Below, piece by piece: positions 36,461-50,090 of a stretch of 64,000 bases of DNA (its first letter is position 1; each line of letters begins with the position of its first letter). Below the pieces are notes generated by a model that was given only the letters and a program-made list of their open reading frames with translations, did no database searches and was not told where the DNA came from. The DNA is from Harriotta raleighana. Lineage: Eukaryota. Made by a program: the position numbers and the translations under genes. The stretch is from NCBI GenBank assembly GCA_050575255.1, contig JBNZDD010013718.1, positions 4,237,644 through 4,301,643 on the forward strand, in the 5' to 3' direction.

Positions 36461-37944
36461 TATTATTTGGATTATCAAATAGCCTGTTGGCACCATAAAG
36501 TTCCCACATAGCGACTTGGCGAAAGCACAAATAAAAGTCAAATGAAAGGCAAAAAATAAAGTCAAGGAAGGTGACAAAATCTGAGATTTACATTCCTACA
36601 AATTTACAGCACAGAAGACCATAAATCTGAAGCAGTTCTCAGAGGTGTTCATATAATCACACTGGCCCATCCTTTCCCAATACCACTTCAAGCCTCTTTC
36701 GTTCCTTTGGTTGAATGAGAGTACTGTACGTGAAGTGCTAATAAAAGGTCTATTTTTAGTCTCCAATGCCAAAGCACTACATTAAATTCTGAGAATCAGG
36801 GAAACATTCACTTTGATGTTGACTGAAGTGCCCATTTACTTTCATCAAATTTCACAAAATCAATCGTATCAGTATTCATTTTGCGTGAATTTAGGTACAT
36901 CTGAAAACCTATTTGAAGATACAAATGAACTTCTAATTCTGTTCAGTTTTTTTTCTTATGCCATTTCCCAGCAATCAGCAAAGAAAAATACACGTTAAGT
37001 GTCCACTGAGGTGTAATTTCCTCACTGTTCAGTCAATGCCAACTGTGATTTTGGTTCTGCGATCAGCCATGGAGCCCTTGATCACTGACTCAGGCAGATG
37101 TATTGCTGTGGTTGGAGTTAATGACTTGGTTTGAAAGTAGGGTCCCATTACCATTTGTTACACCTTCCCCCACTGCTTGCTCATACTTCCAATACTTTAC
37201 CCAAATGCTTCTGGCAATTACTGTATTACTTAAGGTATTTCTTCATATTCTATTTTCTGCTTGCCATATCCATCATAAAATGTACTGCAATTATATTTCT
37301 CCTCATTAATTCTCATATTAGCTTTTTTTTTTAAAAACGCTTTGCTGTAAATTGGTCCTGAACCGGCAAGTGCAATTGACTCTCATTACCACTGCAGATT
37401 TCTAGTCATTAATCCCAGAGATTTTAACTGGGACGTTGTGAACTGTCAGAACAGCCCACAGGGACTCCGTGGTAAAAAGGGTAAACTCGAATAAACTCAG
37501 GATTGAGCATTTCTGCCCCACCTTACAGTCTCCGTCTGAATAGTGGAGAGGGCAGAAGAATCCATGGTTGATTATTGAAGTCCATATTATGTTACCAATA
37601 GTTGTTAAAAAAAAATCTATTGATGAGCACGGGTCCACTGTGATCGCATCAAGTTACAAGATTATTTATATGTTTATTATATATATTGTATACGTTTCTT
37701 CAGGATTGGACACTTGGTTTATGGGATTGAATGACCAATTTTCATAAGTTTTTAAATACTGTTTACCCTACACAGCCAATTGAAAACCAATTCTCATTTG
37801 GGATTTCCATTAGTGGGCCAGCTGATTTCAGTAAATCATGCAACACACTTTACAGTAAATCCTGTGAATCATTTTAAGATGTCTTTCCGATTTAAAAAAC
37901 ACTATCAAATCCAAGGACTATTAGTAGCAGAACACATTTTAATT

Positions 37945-38395
37945 AATTAGCCTTCAAAGGCCTCCAACAGCCTTCAAAGGACTCCCTACACCGGTGACCT
38001 GCCAACTCCATATTGACCTGTCCGCTCAGCAGGCTCCAGCCTGCTCCTTATCCCTTCCCCAGCCTACCATTGCACAGTCCATTCACCTTGCTTTGGTTTT
38101 GCTTCCTTCAAGGCCTATCTTATGCTGTACAAATGTAAATTTTTGTTGTGAAAGGAATACATTTGGAACGCCATCCCACAATCCCTTTGCCCTGCCTGCT
38201 CTCTTGCCTCCTCTCTTGCCTCCTCCCTTGCCTCCTTCAAGTCCAATCTCAAGACCCTCCTCTTTGACCATGCCTCCAGTTATTGTCCTACCTCTCTGCC
38301 TTTCCTCATCCCAACCCTGCCCCATGCTAGGTTGCTGACCCGACCATTTAGAGCCTTGGAACATCCTCCTGACGTGAAATGTAATTTTGTTATTC
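37945..38395 (+). mobile_element. L2 LINE 3' fragment
   Basis: gccttcaaaggcctcca...tttggaacgccatccc...cctccttcaagtccaatctcaagaccctcctctttgaccatgcc...gccttggaacatcctcctgacgtgaaa. Confidence 0.88.
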
Positions 38396-40207
38396 TTTAA
38401 GTACTGTAATTATTGGACAAGTTAAAATGCTAAACTAATTTAATGTGCCCACTAAACACAAAACTCTATATATTTCCAACAATTTGCAATCGGATTCCCT
38501 CCTGCTCCATCAAAGTAAGAGCTTCTCAGTCCTGTGTATAATCTTCAATGATTCATATCTGGTGACATTTGTAGATCTTCAATTTGCTGCGATTGGGGTA
38601 GCATCCAACCGATGTAGAGGAAGGCAATGATTAACAACCTGAACTGTAACAACAGACGTTGCAAGGGATGCAAGTTGCCGCATAATAGGGATCATTAACT
38701 TCAACCAAAATACTTTTATATGCACATTGAAAGCAGAAATAGTTCTCAGCACTGGAATGTAAATGGGTTAATATACAACTTTATACTACATCACACAAAA
38801 CAAAAATCTGTGTTTGTATTGATTGTTGTAAATTAGTCATTTTTTGCAAGAATTCCTAAAAACATTGCTAACTGGAATTTCAGTAATGTAAGAATGAACA
38901 ATCATCTGCCTCGTTCTTCTGCAATTGTTCCAATCAGAGGGATAAAGCATAATTACTATGACACGGTCAAACAACTGAGGCTTAACATGGCAGGAATGGA
39001 CGGATCAGCAAGTTTTATGCTGTAACAAGAGCAGAGATAAAGCACAGGCACACAGAGCAGTGCTTTAATCAGTTCCCGGTCCACGTTACTAACGTGAAAC
39101 ATGCTGAAATGTTATTTTATGTAGGGTTTAAGTACAGCATTCATGTGTTAAATGGTGAAATGGAATGCCAGAGCATTGTTTTACTTTTCTTTCATCCAAA
39201 ACAGCCAGCTCATCTGACCCAGAAATCACTTCGGGTGCCAGTGTTGGTGGCTTCTGGCTGCAAAACATGCTCTCTGTAAACTGGTTAAAATGTCAATACT
39301 TTTATCTGCTCCACAACCAGCTGTGATCCCTACAGACGTGTAGTTCCACAAAGAGAATTACATCCCAAGCCACAAAACAATCTTTCAAATCACAGATCTG
39401 CTAGATATATTCATCCTACTCACGCCAGTATGACTAATATAAGCCTAAAGAAACAATAGGACAAGATTATATATTAGTTTTACAATAGTTCTACTGCTTT
39501 AAAATATTTGACATTCTCTTATTGCCAGTTTCCTCTGACAGGATATTCTGGGCATTGACAAGTAAATTATCTCGGAACAATTCCAGCTGTTGTATCTCAA
39601 GTTCTTTCAAGTCTCAAAGAAAGAATATCCAGAATGTCACAGTAAAAAAGGTCTGATGAAATTTCTGAAGGTCAACAACTAATNCAGTAAAAAAGGTCTG
39701 ATGAAATTTCTGAAATGTTTTACGCTGCAATTAACCAGAAAGGGGAAATCATACAAAATAGTGGATAGATTTGAACAGCTGGATGCAAATGCCGTGGATA
39801 CCAAAGCTGAATATAAATCACCATTACATAAATGCAGCTGCCCTGGTTTCAAACTCAAAAAGTAGGTTGGACAGGGCGGGTCTGATGCTAACTTATTTTT
39901 TAAACCGATTTCTGCAAATGAAGCAGGCAAATTGTTTGAAAAATAACCATTTGCAGGAAATAGCATTTCCCCCATTATGCCAACCCACCAAAACTAAAAC
40001 AAATCGCTAATGTATACCCAGAGGTACTGGCAGTGGGGAAAAGCAGAGATTTTTGCGGGCATCAGGGAAATAACCTGATTGGAGGAATATTCACTCATTC
40101 GAACATTTGGGTATTTATTTGGATTTTTCTCTGTATTTTATTTTTGGTGTCTGAGAAACCCATCTTCTCAAGAATATCTTGACAGTCAGAATTCCTAATA
40201 CGTATGT

Positions 40208-40373
40208 CACTACACATGGAAATTTCCCTAGGTCTATACACACTCCCTTGAGGGTCGCACATTGCTTACCTAATTCTGTAGAGTAGCAAATTCAGTTTGG
40301 CAAGAGGCCAGAGCATATATTAAGGATTAGCACACAAATTTAACCAGCTGTCTGGCAAATTTCCACTGTAGTG
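40208..40373. mobile_element. Probable small MITE
   Basis: Terminal inverted match cactacacatggaaattt / aaatttccactgtagtg; superfamily unclear (TA-flanked Tc1-like or CACTA-like). Confidence 0.5.
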
Positions 40374-40688
40374 TTCAGCTAGGACCACCCTGTTTGTTTG
40401 GAGTTTGGTTTGAAGGGTTAACAGGTGATGAGGAATAATCCTTACTACCACTGATTGGTCACAAGTTCACAAGATTGGTCTGGATGAAGGAGGCTCTTCA
40501 GCCCATCTGATCCCATTATTTTGACACATCCCACCTACCACCAGCTCAATATGTATCCCTCCAAGGCTTGTTGATGAGCTAAATTGGCTAAATTGTCATC
40601 AGCAGTGTCCTGGAGTAATAGAAACTCACATGGCTCAGGAACCAGATCATCAAGACCACCACAGGGATTGGACTTCTGACACTGCTAA

Positions 40689-40982
40689 AAATAATCCTTC
40701 CATTTGATATACTGTAATGAATTTCACGCCTTCTAGACATTTCAGAATACACAGTGAATTGACTGTATATTTGTGGGAAAAACACGGCAGCCAATTGTGC
40801 ACAGCAGTGTGCAACAAACATACTGTTGAGCATTGAAGTGACCAATTTTTTTTCTGCCAGCGATTATTATCAGACGCGTAGATTAAGGAAACTTGTCCCC
40901 AAGATTTCACCTTGTCTGGAATCGAACCCAGGTCTCTAGCTTACAAGGCAAGTGCTCTAACCACTGAGCTACAGAACTCCAC
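40689..40982 (-). mobile_element. Full-length tRNA-derived SINE
   Basis: Head GTGGAGTTCTGTAGCTCAGTGGTTAGAGCACTTGCC...GGGTTCGATTCC, with core and tail as at 4551. Confidence 0.93.
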
Positions 40983-41556
40983 AAATGATGATCACCAATC
41001 TCAGCAATCAGCTCAACATAGAAATAAAATTGCTCTAACTGCAAACACTTCTTCAGTTATGAGCTGCCTCCAGCCCATCAGACAAAGCTGTGAAAATAGA
41101 ACAAGGAGGAGCACTTCACGCCCATGCACCCAAGTGACTCCACCCTCTAAAGATGTGCATGCCCTACAGCACTTTGCACAACCTGTCTCTTTGTGCTTAC
41201 TGGTTTACCCTTCTGATAATGAGAAGCAGTTAATGCCTCAAATTTGTTTTTTGTGATTATTTGATTAATTTGCTTCATTACGTTCTTTAACTGTAGAACA
41301 TGTGCTTTACATTTTTTTTTAAAAAGTAACAATGGTGAATGCTTCAAACTTTATTCAATTCACCAAAAAGGACTCCTTTAATTTCAAAGCCTGATTTATT
41401 CTGAATAAAAGGTGATAATGAGCCAGAATGGTAGTGGAATGAACTGGCTAAGGCTTCATTTCTGCTCATTCCTCAATGACCATATCCAAGCATGGCACCA
41501 AGATGGACAAAGTGACTCAGATCCACCACCTCCTGACAGAAGAGAGCATGGAAGGC

Positions 41557-41932
41557 AACAGCAGCAACAACAAAATTACATTTGTATATTTCCTTTCACG
41601 TCGGAAGGACATTCCAATGTTTCAGTCTAGAAGTCAATGTTACAGACCTGAGCTGGGGTCAGGATCAGGGAGGGTGGAGGGAAAGGATGGGATTTGGCGT
41701 GACCGATGGGACCATCGAAGAGGAGGGTCTTCAAGGAAGGTAGGGAGGGGTGAGGCGGAGGGAGTGCGGGGTAGAATTCTAGAGGTTAGAGGCAGAATGG
41801 CTGAAAGCTCGCCCACTGATGGTGGGGCTGGTGGGTCGGGGGACATGGAGCAAGCTGGAGCCCGTAGAGCGGAGCGAGTGCAAAGGTTAGTAGAGGGTTA
41901 GGAGGTCTCAGAGATAGTGTGGGGCAAAGCCA
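41557..41932 (-). mobile_element. L2 LINE 3' fragment
   Basis: caacaacaaaattacatttgtatatttcctttcacgtcggaaggac...gaccgatgggaccatcgaagaggagggtct, close to the 20641 copy. Confidence 0.92.
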
Positions 41933-42084
41933 CAAGTACAGTCACAAAGAACATAGTTTGGGCATTGTAAGTGAATATCAGACTGTGAGCACACTAAGCT
42001 CATTCAAACAACACAAATTGTGTTTAATCATCATCATTCTCTTCTCTGTTGTATTCACAAGGGAACATCAATTTCAGGTAATGC

Positions 42085-42280
42085 ATTCAGGTAGCAGGGA
42101 GTAAAAATAGTTACACAGAAAGGATTTTCACTTGAAGGGTGATAGATTGTGGTGTAGGGTTGTTGAAGTAGATTGTGTGAAATCTGTTAAAGAAGGAATT
42201 AGACATTTGTAGATCGAGAGGCTTCAAAGATGCGACGCAGATTAATAGATTAAAAGAGGGAAAGGCTTTAAGGGCCAAAT
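42085..42280 (+). mobile_element. Degraded CR1-like 3' fragment
   Basis: ttttcacttgaagggtgatag...gttgttgaagtagat...aagaaggaattagac...gggccaaat resembles the CR1 ends at 16850-17040. Confidence 0.5.
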
Positions 42281-42687
42281 ACAGAAGTATGCCCATTATT
42301 AAGTGTGCTGTTTCAGGTTCATAAATTGAATCATCACATAATGGGAAAGGAATCCATAAAAAATGGTCAACTTCTGGGCTATGATGAGCAAACGCTCCCT
42401 GCATTTGAGCACATGGTCACCCAGCACTCCCTCCTCAACAACAAACCCAGACATTGTAGAGCACTATGACATTATCCAATGTGAAGGGCACTGTATAAAT
42501 GCAAGCAGTTGTTGTTGATGTGACAGATGCAATGCTTCAATTTCCCATGATGGGATTTATTATGAGTTAAATGACCAAATTAATCGAATTTAAAAAAAAT
42601 ATATTTCAATGCTGTGAGTCCATGTTTAATGGGAACCAAACTAATACTAGATGGATTCATTATAAGATCATCATTAAGCACGAAAGA

Positions 42688-42765
42688 AAACACCCATCCT
42701 CTGCCTGAATCAAGTTCAAACTGAGGTCCCAGAGGTTATTCCAATACACTGCATCACCAGCTCCC
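42688..42765 (-). mobile_element. Decayed tRNA-like SINE head
   Basis: Minus strand gggagctggtgatgcagtg...acctctgggacctcagtttgaact with A/B-box remnants. Confidence 0.45.
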
Positions 42766-45700
42766 CTACGGATACTGCATAAAGACAGAGTTATATTTTA
42801 GTGGTTCCATTATTTTGGAAACTAGACTTCAGCGTTACAGAAAAAATTATGAAACAAGAGTCCTTAAATGAAAGATTTGACTGAGGGGCAAATTTATACA
42901 TTCCCACTCTCACCAATGAAGAATTCAAAGCATCAGATTTGAATTTCATAAATCCTTTATCAGAGTCAGCTTGAGGTGGTAAAGGCTTTGGTTCAAGCTG
43001 TCTATGCAAGATTTTGATTACAATCAATGAACATTACAACTTACAGTGCGAGCTCTGTAACTCTTGCATTCGTAGTAGGCACAGTAGCAACGCGTTCCAC
43101 CCTTTCTCAAAGGATCATTCTCTTGATTCCACATTCGTTTTTCCTCTGTATCCTGTTCATGATCACAACAGAGAGAATATGAAGCTGGAATTCTGATTGC
43201 TCAAATTAGTGTCTGCATTTTGAGGTTACAAGGTCAGGGTAACACAGTGCCATACACAGTAGCACAAACATTCAATACATTGTAGGTTATTATGTGCGGC
43301 TTACTTCATCATGTCATTGCAATTCATCTACAAGATGCTCGAAACATTCCAGTGGTCATATTGATAATTTTACTTCAAGACTCTTCCCTATTCACTAATG
43401 CTCCAAATCTACCAGAGACATTTCACATGTCTGTCTGTCTTGTTTACATGGGGGAATGAATTTGGGATTGTTCTTTTTAAACTAAAGATTAATTGAATTA
43501 CCCAAAAGCATATACTGTACCCCAGCTCCGACAGGATGCCTGTCAGAGTGCTACATTTAGACGGAAGCTCAAAATTGAATTGAACCATTTAGACAACAAA
43601 CAAAGTTTGTTGTTTAATGCATTAAAGTCTTCCAAACAACTTTATTCCTTGGGAATGCACTAACGGACAATGCACTCACTTACACATATGAATAAAGTGA
43701 ACACTCTAGAGTGACTGGTGTTTTTTGGTTTTATTAGCTTTACTGCAGCTTCAACTCAAAGCAGTCTTCCACCATGACAATTGTACAGCGCTTTCATGTG
43801 AATTCCAAGCCTGCATTTAGCCTTGAATTAGATTTAATTCTGGGATTGAATCGGTTCCAGATTTTTGCTGAAATAAAATCATAATAATTCACATTCTGTC
43901 AAACAACATTGGAGAATTATAATGAGTTGCTTAAATATAGTTGTTTATATTATACACAATGCTTCCAGCGAACAAACTGGTATCTTGCAATTAAAAAAAA
44001 CACAGTAACCAATCTTCCAATTATGCGATTGTGCACATTTTAAGTGAAATAAAGCAAAAGCTTCAATTAGGTAACTTCAGATAGTCTACTTCAACATCAT
44101 TTAATCAGCATAAGAATAGATTACATTTATTTTAATTCTCATTTTCGTGTTCAGATTTCACAAAGGGGCACTTTGTAAAAAAGGAAACAGATAATACACT
44201 AATATTTTTTTTTATATTCTAGGGCTTTAATGTTTGATAAATTTATGCTTTCTCAATTTTGTGAAATACAATCATTTGCCAGACAGTAAATGAGGCTAGA
44301 CGACAACTAAAACAACTTCCCTCTTCCTTGATGATGTGAATTTTCTGTACTTTAAACCAGCACACACAGTTTCCTGTCTATTGTACGGAAATGGAGATTA
44401 AGGTCTGTTCACACAGACGATGTAAAGGCAGCCAACCAACTTTACAATTTCTGACGTTTGTTCAAAACCATGGTTGTACATATTCATTACAACCTCGGTG
44501 ACCCAAGTTTGAAAGAAAGATCTGAGTGGATATTGTTACACTTCATGAGTGTGTAGCTCAAATTGGAGGAATGTTTAAGATCTAGGCAACAATGTTTAAT
44601 AGGATTGTTTGAGTTCATCATCCTCTTCATTCCACTTTGTTAATCCAAATGGTTTTACAATATATTTTTAAAATACTCCCTATACAGAGCACACAACAGA
44701 AAACAGTGAAATACCTACTTTATTCCACTTCTGAGAAAGACCATCATTACCTAATGACACTTCCTGGCTTTTGTTGGTCCTGCTAAAAATGAACTGGGAT
44801 TTCCACATTCCCTACTTTGTCATCCATTGAATGTTCAGAATATAACATGCTAAAGTGATGTCTTTAAGTCTTTTCCTACACAGATTTAGCTACCAATAGA
44901 TAAATAAAACAAAATGTCAGCACTATATTATTTTCCTCTGACTTGTCTCTCATCTCCATCAGTCATCGTCTTCCTATTGAGAAAATGAGACAGGTTGTCC
45001 ATCTCATTCCATGATTAGCCAACAAGAGGTGCAAGTTGAGCCAAATAAAGTATTACCCTCTCGCCCGAAAACACAGCCAAACCTGAAAACACAGCCAAAC
45101 ACAGGCTTGGGTTTGCATGTACTGCACCTCGTGACATAGCTGGCAATTTTTGAAACCAATCCATGTAAGCAAATTCTGTACACAATTCCAATTGGGGACA
45201 CTGGTTTATTCAGCTGGAAACTTCAACCTTAATACATTTTAAAAATAAGCAAATTTGCATTTTACACACCCACACCTAAACGTGAATTCAGACTGTAATG
45301 ATGTGCATTAGTTAGAGCCAGTTTCAAGCAAATAACTTTGCTGCACATCAATTTCTTGTTTAATGGAAGTGTCAAAAACTCACATTGTAGCTGACCTCTT
45401 CTGGATGTTCAATTTCCACTTAAATATAGCATAGTGTAAACTTGCTGACAAAAGCTCCATAATTAATCAATGTCAAACTCGCCTGTCTGATCCCCCTCTC
45501 CCCATTCCCTTCAACCTACTACCACCCACCACCACCACTACCATCGCTGAAAAAAACAATTCTAGAATCTAGGGTTTTTCTCCCTTTTGCATACAAAACT
45601 AACAGTGAACAGATTCTTCTGTTTCAACTTGGGTCAGTTGAATTGGATTGTGGGTTAAGCCAAATGCTTACATCTCTGTGGTACCTCCAGAATTTTACAT

Positions 45701-47069
45701 TATAAAAAGGGTCACCACATTGAAGTGAACGGACTTGAAATGAAGGGCCACTCAACCCTTCTGGCAATGTTGCTGGATGGAACTATCAGCTACACAACAA
45801 TAAACTTACATTTCTAAAGACCCTTTCACGTTGGGACGATATAACATTACAAGCTGGACATCCCTTCCAGTCCTTTGATAGGCAATGTTGCTCTTAGCAT
45901 ACAGTAATTACCCATGGGATTACATTTTTCCCAGATTACTAAATACAACTGCAATGGATCACCATAAATTCAACAATTAAACAATTACTAGGTTAGTGCT
46001 GACAAGCAAAACTAACTGCATGCAAATACCCTAATGCCTCTAAACATGTAAATCTCCAGTAAATTAAGTTTAAATACCACAAATATATACCATCTTATTG
46101 TGTTTAACAATGAGAGCTCATTTCATACTACTCTACTTTGTAAAAGTGATATCCTCAATTTTCTATCTTTTCCAATAGGCTGCTCGCAGTGTAAAAAGCA
46201 CCAATTGTCAGGAAGACAAAATTAGGTAGCGAAAGAAACACAAACATTAGTTAGACCACTTTTAAAGCTCTACTGTTAAACTAGACCGCAGATCAGATAC
46301 TATTTGTCAGCTGATTACAGACTTTGTAAGGCATAACAGAAATTTCTGCAGCTGCACCATGTGCGTAATGCCCTTTGGCAAACTTGAAGACTAACATACA
46401 TCATTAATTTTTAATTAACAAGGAAATTCTGAAATTAAAGAGTATCAAATCAGTAAACGCACACTGATAACAGCACAGTGCATACCTGTTGAAGTACTGT
46501 ACAGTACAGTATACGTAAAACATTAGATTGTCNACGCACACTGATAACAGCACAGTGCATACCTGTTGAAGTACTGTACAGTATACGTAAAACATTAGAT
46601 TGTAACTGTGTTTATACTTCCAAAAGTAAAACACTGTGCAGTAGGAAATATTTGTTACGCTTTCACCCTGCATTAAGAGTTGTTAAAAAAATTAGTGCTA
46701 TTTTTAACACAACCAACTCTTTAATAATACATATTCCCTTGACAGTCCTTGGATCCATTGGAGCACTCAAGAGCTTTCTATGGACCATCAAGAAGCAGAG
46801 CCAATTTGATTTGCAATAACTGCTCCTGAAATCATCTCCTTCAGATCTTTCCAGCAGTCAGGCTTCAGCACAATTCATGCTGGGTCTATTCCGATTGATA
46901 TTCCAAAGATTTGTAGCAATTTGCCTTGAAACATGCAGCGAAATTGTAACATGAGTAGTGAATTAAAGTGGGAAATATTGGGAACACAGCTCAAGAGACA
47001 ATATTAGTGTACCAGAGCATAAAAATCAGATATTAATCACAAACAAATTCCTTTTGAAGTGCAAGTAAG

Positions 47070-47240
47070 AGTTAGGAGAGGAGCTGAAGGCATGGTCGGG
47101 CAGCCTGATAGGGAGATAGCAGGTCGGAGAGATAGGCGGGGGTAAGGCCATGAATGGCCTTGAAAGTGAGGACGAGGATCTTGAATTAGATCCTCTGGGG
47201 GATGAGGAGCCAATGGAGACAGACGAGGGTGGGAGTGATG
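47070..47240 (-). mobile_element. L2 LINE fragment
   Basis: gtaaggccatgaatggccttgaaagtgaggacgaggatcttgaattagatcctctgggggatgaggagccaatggaga. Confidence 0.85.
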
Positions 47241-49737
47241 TGGTCGCAGAAAATGGGTAACAAAATGTGCTAAACTGATTGAAATACTGAATCCCTCAAT
47301 CTGCAAGACAAAAAAAAACCAATCAATTCGATGGATCCCATCATATTTGATATGTAACAATTTTCTGCCAGGACAGATGTTTAAAAATATAAAATGGACT
47401 GGGAGTAGATTTGTGATTGTAACATTAAAAATTGTTTTGAAAAAAGACAATTTCCAAACAATTTCAAGTGGCCCGAAGGCAAATGTGGCTGTTTGTATCA
47501 ACTCATCCTACAGTTAGCTGGCAAGAGAGCCCTTTTTTTTTTAACATGTACTGTATTCCAGACATGCATTGATGTTCAGATCTACCTTATATGTAACAGA
47601 GGCCCAGAAATAATTTGATAATGACTTTGGTTTTCTTGCAAGTACTTCAACTGTAAGCGACTATCAGTCTTCCTATGAAGAGCAATGCATACTATATGTT
47701 AGATACATCCTTTTATGTAAGCCATGAATTAAACATAATTATTCAAACAAGCCAATTGAGTTGAGCAAAGTTGTGTGTTTGATCAACGCACTGTTCAGAC
47801 CTCAACGGATTCCTGTAGACTTTTTTGCCGTTCATCAGCATTTTCACCACCCCTTGCCCTCCCATTATCCATTCACTGCAGAGCTATGAAGTCAACCAGA
47901 CATATGAATTATTAATTGAAAGGACATTTTCTATTAAACATGTTCTGAGAGGTCAATTTTGAAAACCAGGAGCATAAATACAATTAGATGTTATGGATAA
48001 GTTTACCTGCAGCAGTGGTGGAACCATTAGTGGGAAAGAATGGCCTTTTATCATCTCAAATTTGTCTTAGGCTCTTATGTATTGAAGCAAATACATTAAA
48101 ATGTGCTCATTGAAACAAAAAATAGCTTACCCAATTTTTCTTCCCTCATCTCTCATGATCAGATTTCTGTTACCCAATCTCAGACAAGGAAAACATCTAC
48201 CATTACAACCAACACCAAAATAATTACCTGGTTTAACTTCGATGCATCCGTATCTAATGCATCCTTGTTTCACTGATTTACCACCTGCTTACAGCACTAA
48301 CTAGCGCATTACTGCTTGTTTTTCCAACTAAAAACTCACAACAATGATATAGAAAATATCAAGACATTTCACAAAATAACAAATATAGGATGCTAATTCA
48401 TCATGGAACCTATTAATTTCAATGGCATTCAGTGAATTACCATCCCTCTTTACAAGAACTGCTTTCCATAGCACTGTTTTCCAGTAAACCAGCTGTAAAA
48501 AAATTGAGAAAGATTTTAGTTTCTGATTTGTGTCGTGTTTCCTAAGGAAACAAATGTGTACACAACCAAACACACTGATGGACCTCACACAGAGCCGAGC
48601 TTGAAAAGATTTATGTTGAACTGAGATGTGGATCAACCTTTTGATTTTTATATGGCCTCATTGATTCCAACTACTGTAACTTAGGTTAGATGTTGTTAAT
48701 TCAGCCTAGTTTTTTTGTTAAATTCCATCTACCTAGATTTTAAATCAGTTTGGATCACATTCAATGTATTCCATGTGTAGATGGATACATCAGTATCCAA
48801 TTTGCCATTGCTATACCTGGGGAGACTGCAATTTTCAATTTGTCTTCTTTATGAACTGTGAAAAAGAAAAGCAATCAGTTTTCACTACAAAGAGTAGAAA
48901 AAAACGCTGCACTCAACAGGAATGCTAAAATAAAATTGCGCTCCTTGTTAATCTATTCCAAATCATTTTTACATTTGTTTCCCAAAGATTTATCATCAAG
49001 CTGCTATTATCTGAGCCAAAACCAATTTTGTTGTAAGCTGTTGTCTATGAACACAAAGGGCTCGATTTTCTCTTTCATGATGCTGGCATAGTCTGCAAAG
49101 CTCACAATGAGATGCAGCACAAAAAATTGTGCCAAGTTACAACATGTGCCAAGTTACAAATTAATCTATATTCATTGTACAAGCATATCCATCATCTAAC
49201 TTGATTGTCTGTCTGTCTGTCCATGTCAGTCTGAGCTTCATTTGCCGAGAGTAGCAATAGGAAAACTCCAAATTATTTGATACTGGGCCACTTATTATAT
49301 AATATGCTAAATTAAAAGAATACTTCATTAATTGGGATGACATGACAAATGGGGGCTCCTACCAGGAACAAAAAGTGCCACACACTGCCCCACGGGAACA
49401 CCTCAGTAGAAGTAAATTGTGTCAATTAATAACAAGCAAGTATGAGTTTGGGATGGTGGGGGGAAGGGGGCGTAGTTTAGAGCACAAACAGGATTGAGCT
49501 GCTGCATCACTGCAGTTGGCATACATTTGGTCTATTAAAAACTAGTTATCAAATAGTTCCTACTTACTTGTGATTGGTACTTGGACTTTGTATAAGATAA
49601 CACTGTAGAAGACGTACAAGTAACTAATATCATGCAATTTCACAGAGAAGCAATTCAGGCGCAATGCAATTTTGAGTTGTGTCAAATTTGTCTTATCTAC
49701 AGCAAACAGCAGCCATTAATCTCAGCAACTGCTTTCA

Positions 49738-49910
49738 TTAGAACATAAGAAATAGGAGCAGGAGTAGGCCATTCGGCCTCTCAAGCCTTGTCCTGCCATT
49801 TAATAAGATCATGGCTGATATTCTAACCTAATTCCATTTACCCACTCTATCCCCATATCCCTTAATCCCTCTATCCGTTAGAAATCTATCAATCTCAGTC
49901 TTGAATATGC
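49738..49910 (-). mobile_element. CR1 LINE 3' end
   Basis: agaacataagaaataggagcaggagtaggccattcggcc is the reverse complement of the 17030-17070 end. Confidence 0.92.
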
Positions 49911-50021
49911 CTGTCTATATCCTTTGAAGTATTCTTGTGTCATTTTCAAAGCTTACCCTCTCACCTAGCTTTGTTTGTTTTGCAGGATTTTTTCCCATAT
50001 ACTATGCAACTTTGAGAGGTT

Positions 50022-50090
50022 GAGCTTTCAGTGCCTTGGAACGTCCTCCCGACGTGAAAGGTGCACTTTAAATGTAATTTTGTTGTTGTA
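50022..50090 (+). mobile_element. L2-type tail
   Basis: cagtgccttggaacgtcctcccgacgtgaaaggtgcactttaaatgtaattttgttgttg. Confidence 0.85.

Noticed and set aside
37511-37558. Small hairpin ttctgccc...gggcagaa as a pre-miRNA
   Set aside because: Stem too short and interrupted for a Drosha substrate
46457-46603. Tandem duplication of about 70 bp
   Set aside because: Copies are separated by a single N and differ by one ACAGT unit; most likely an uncollapsed heterozygous indel in the assembly
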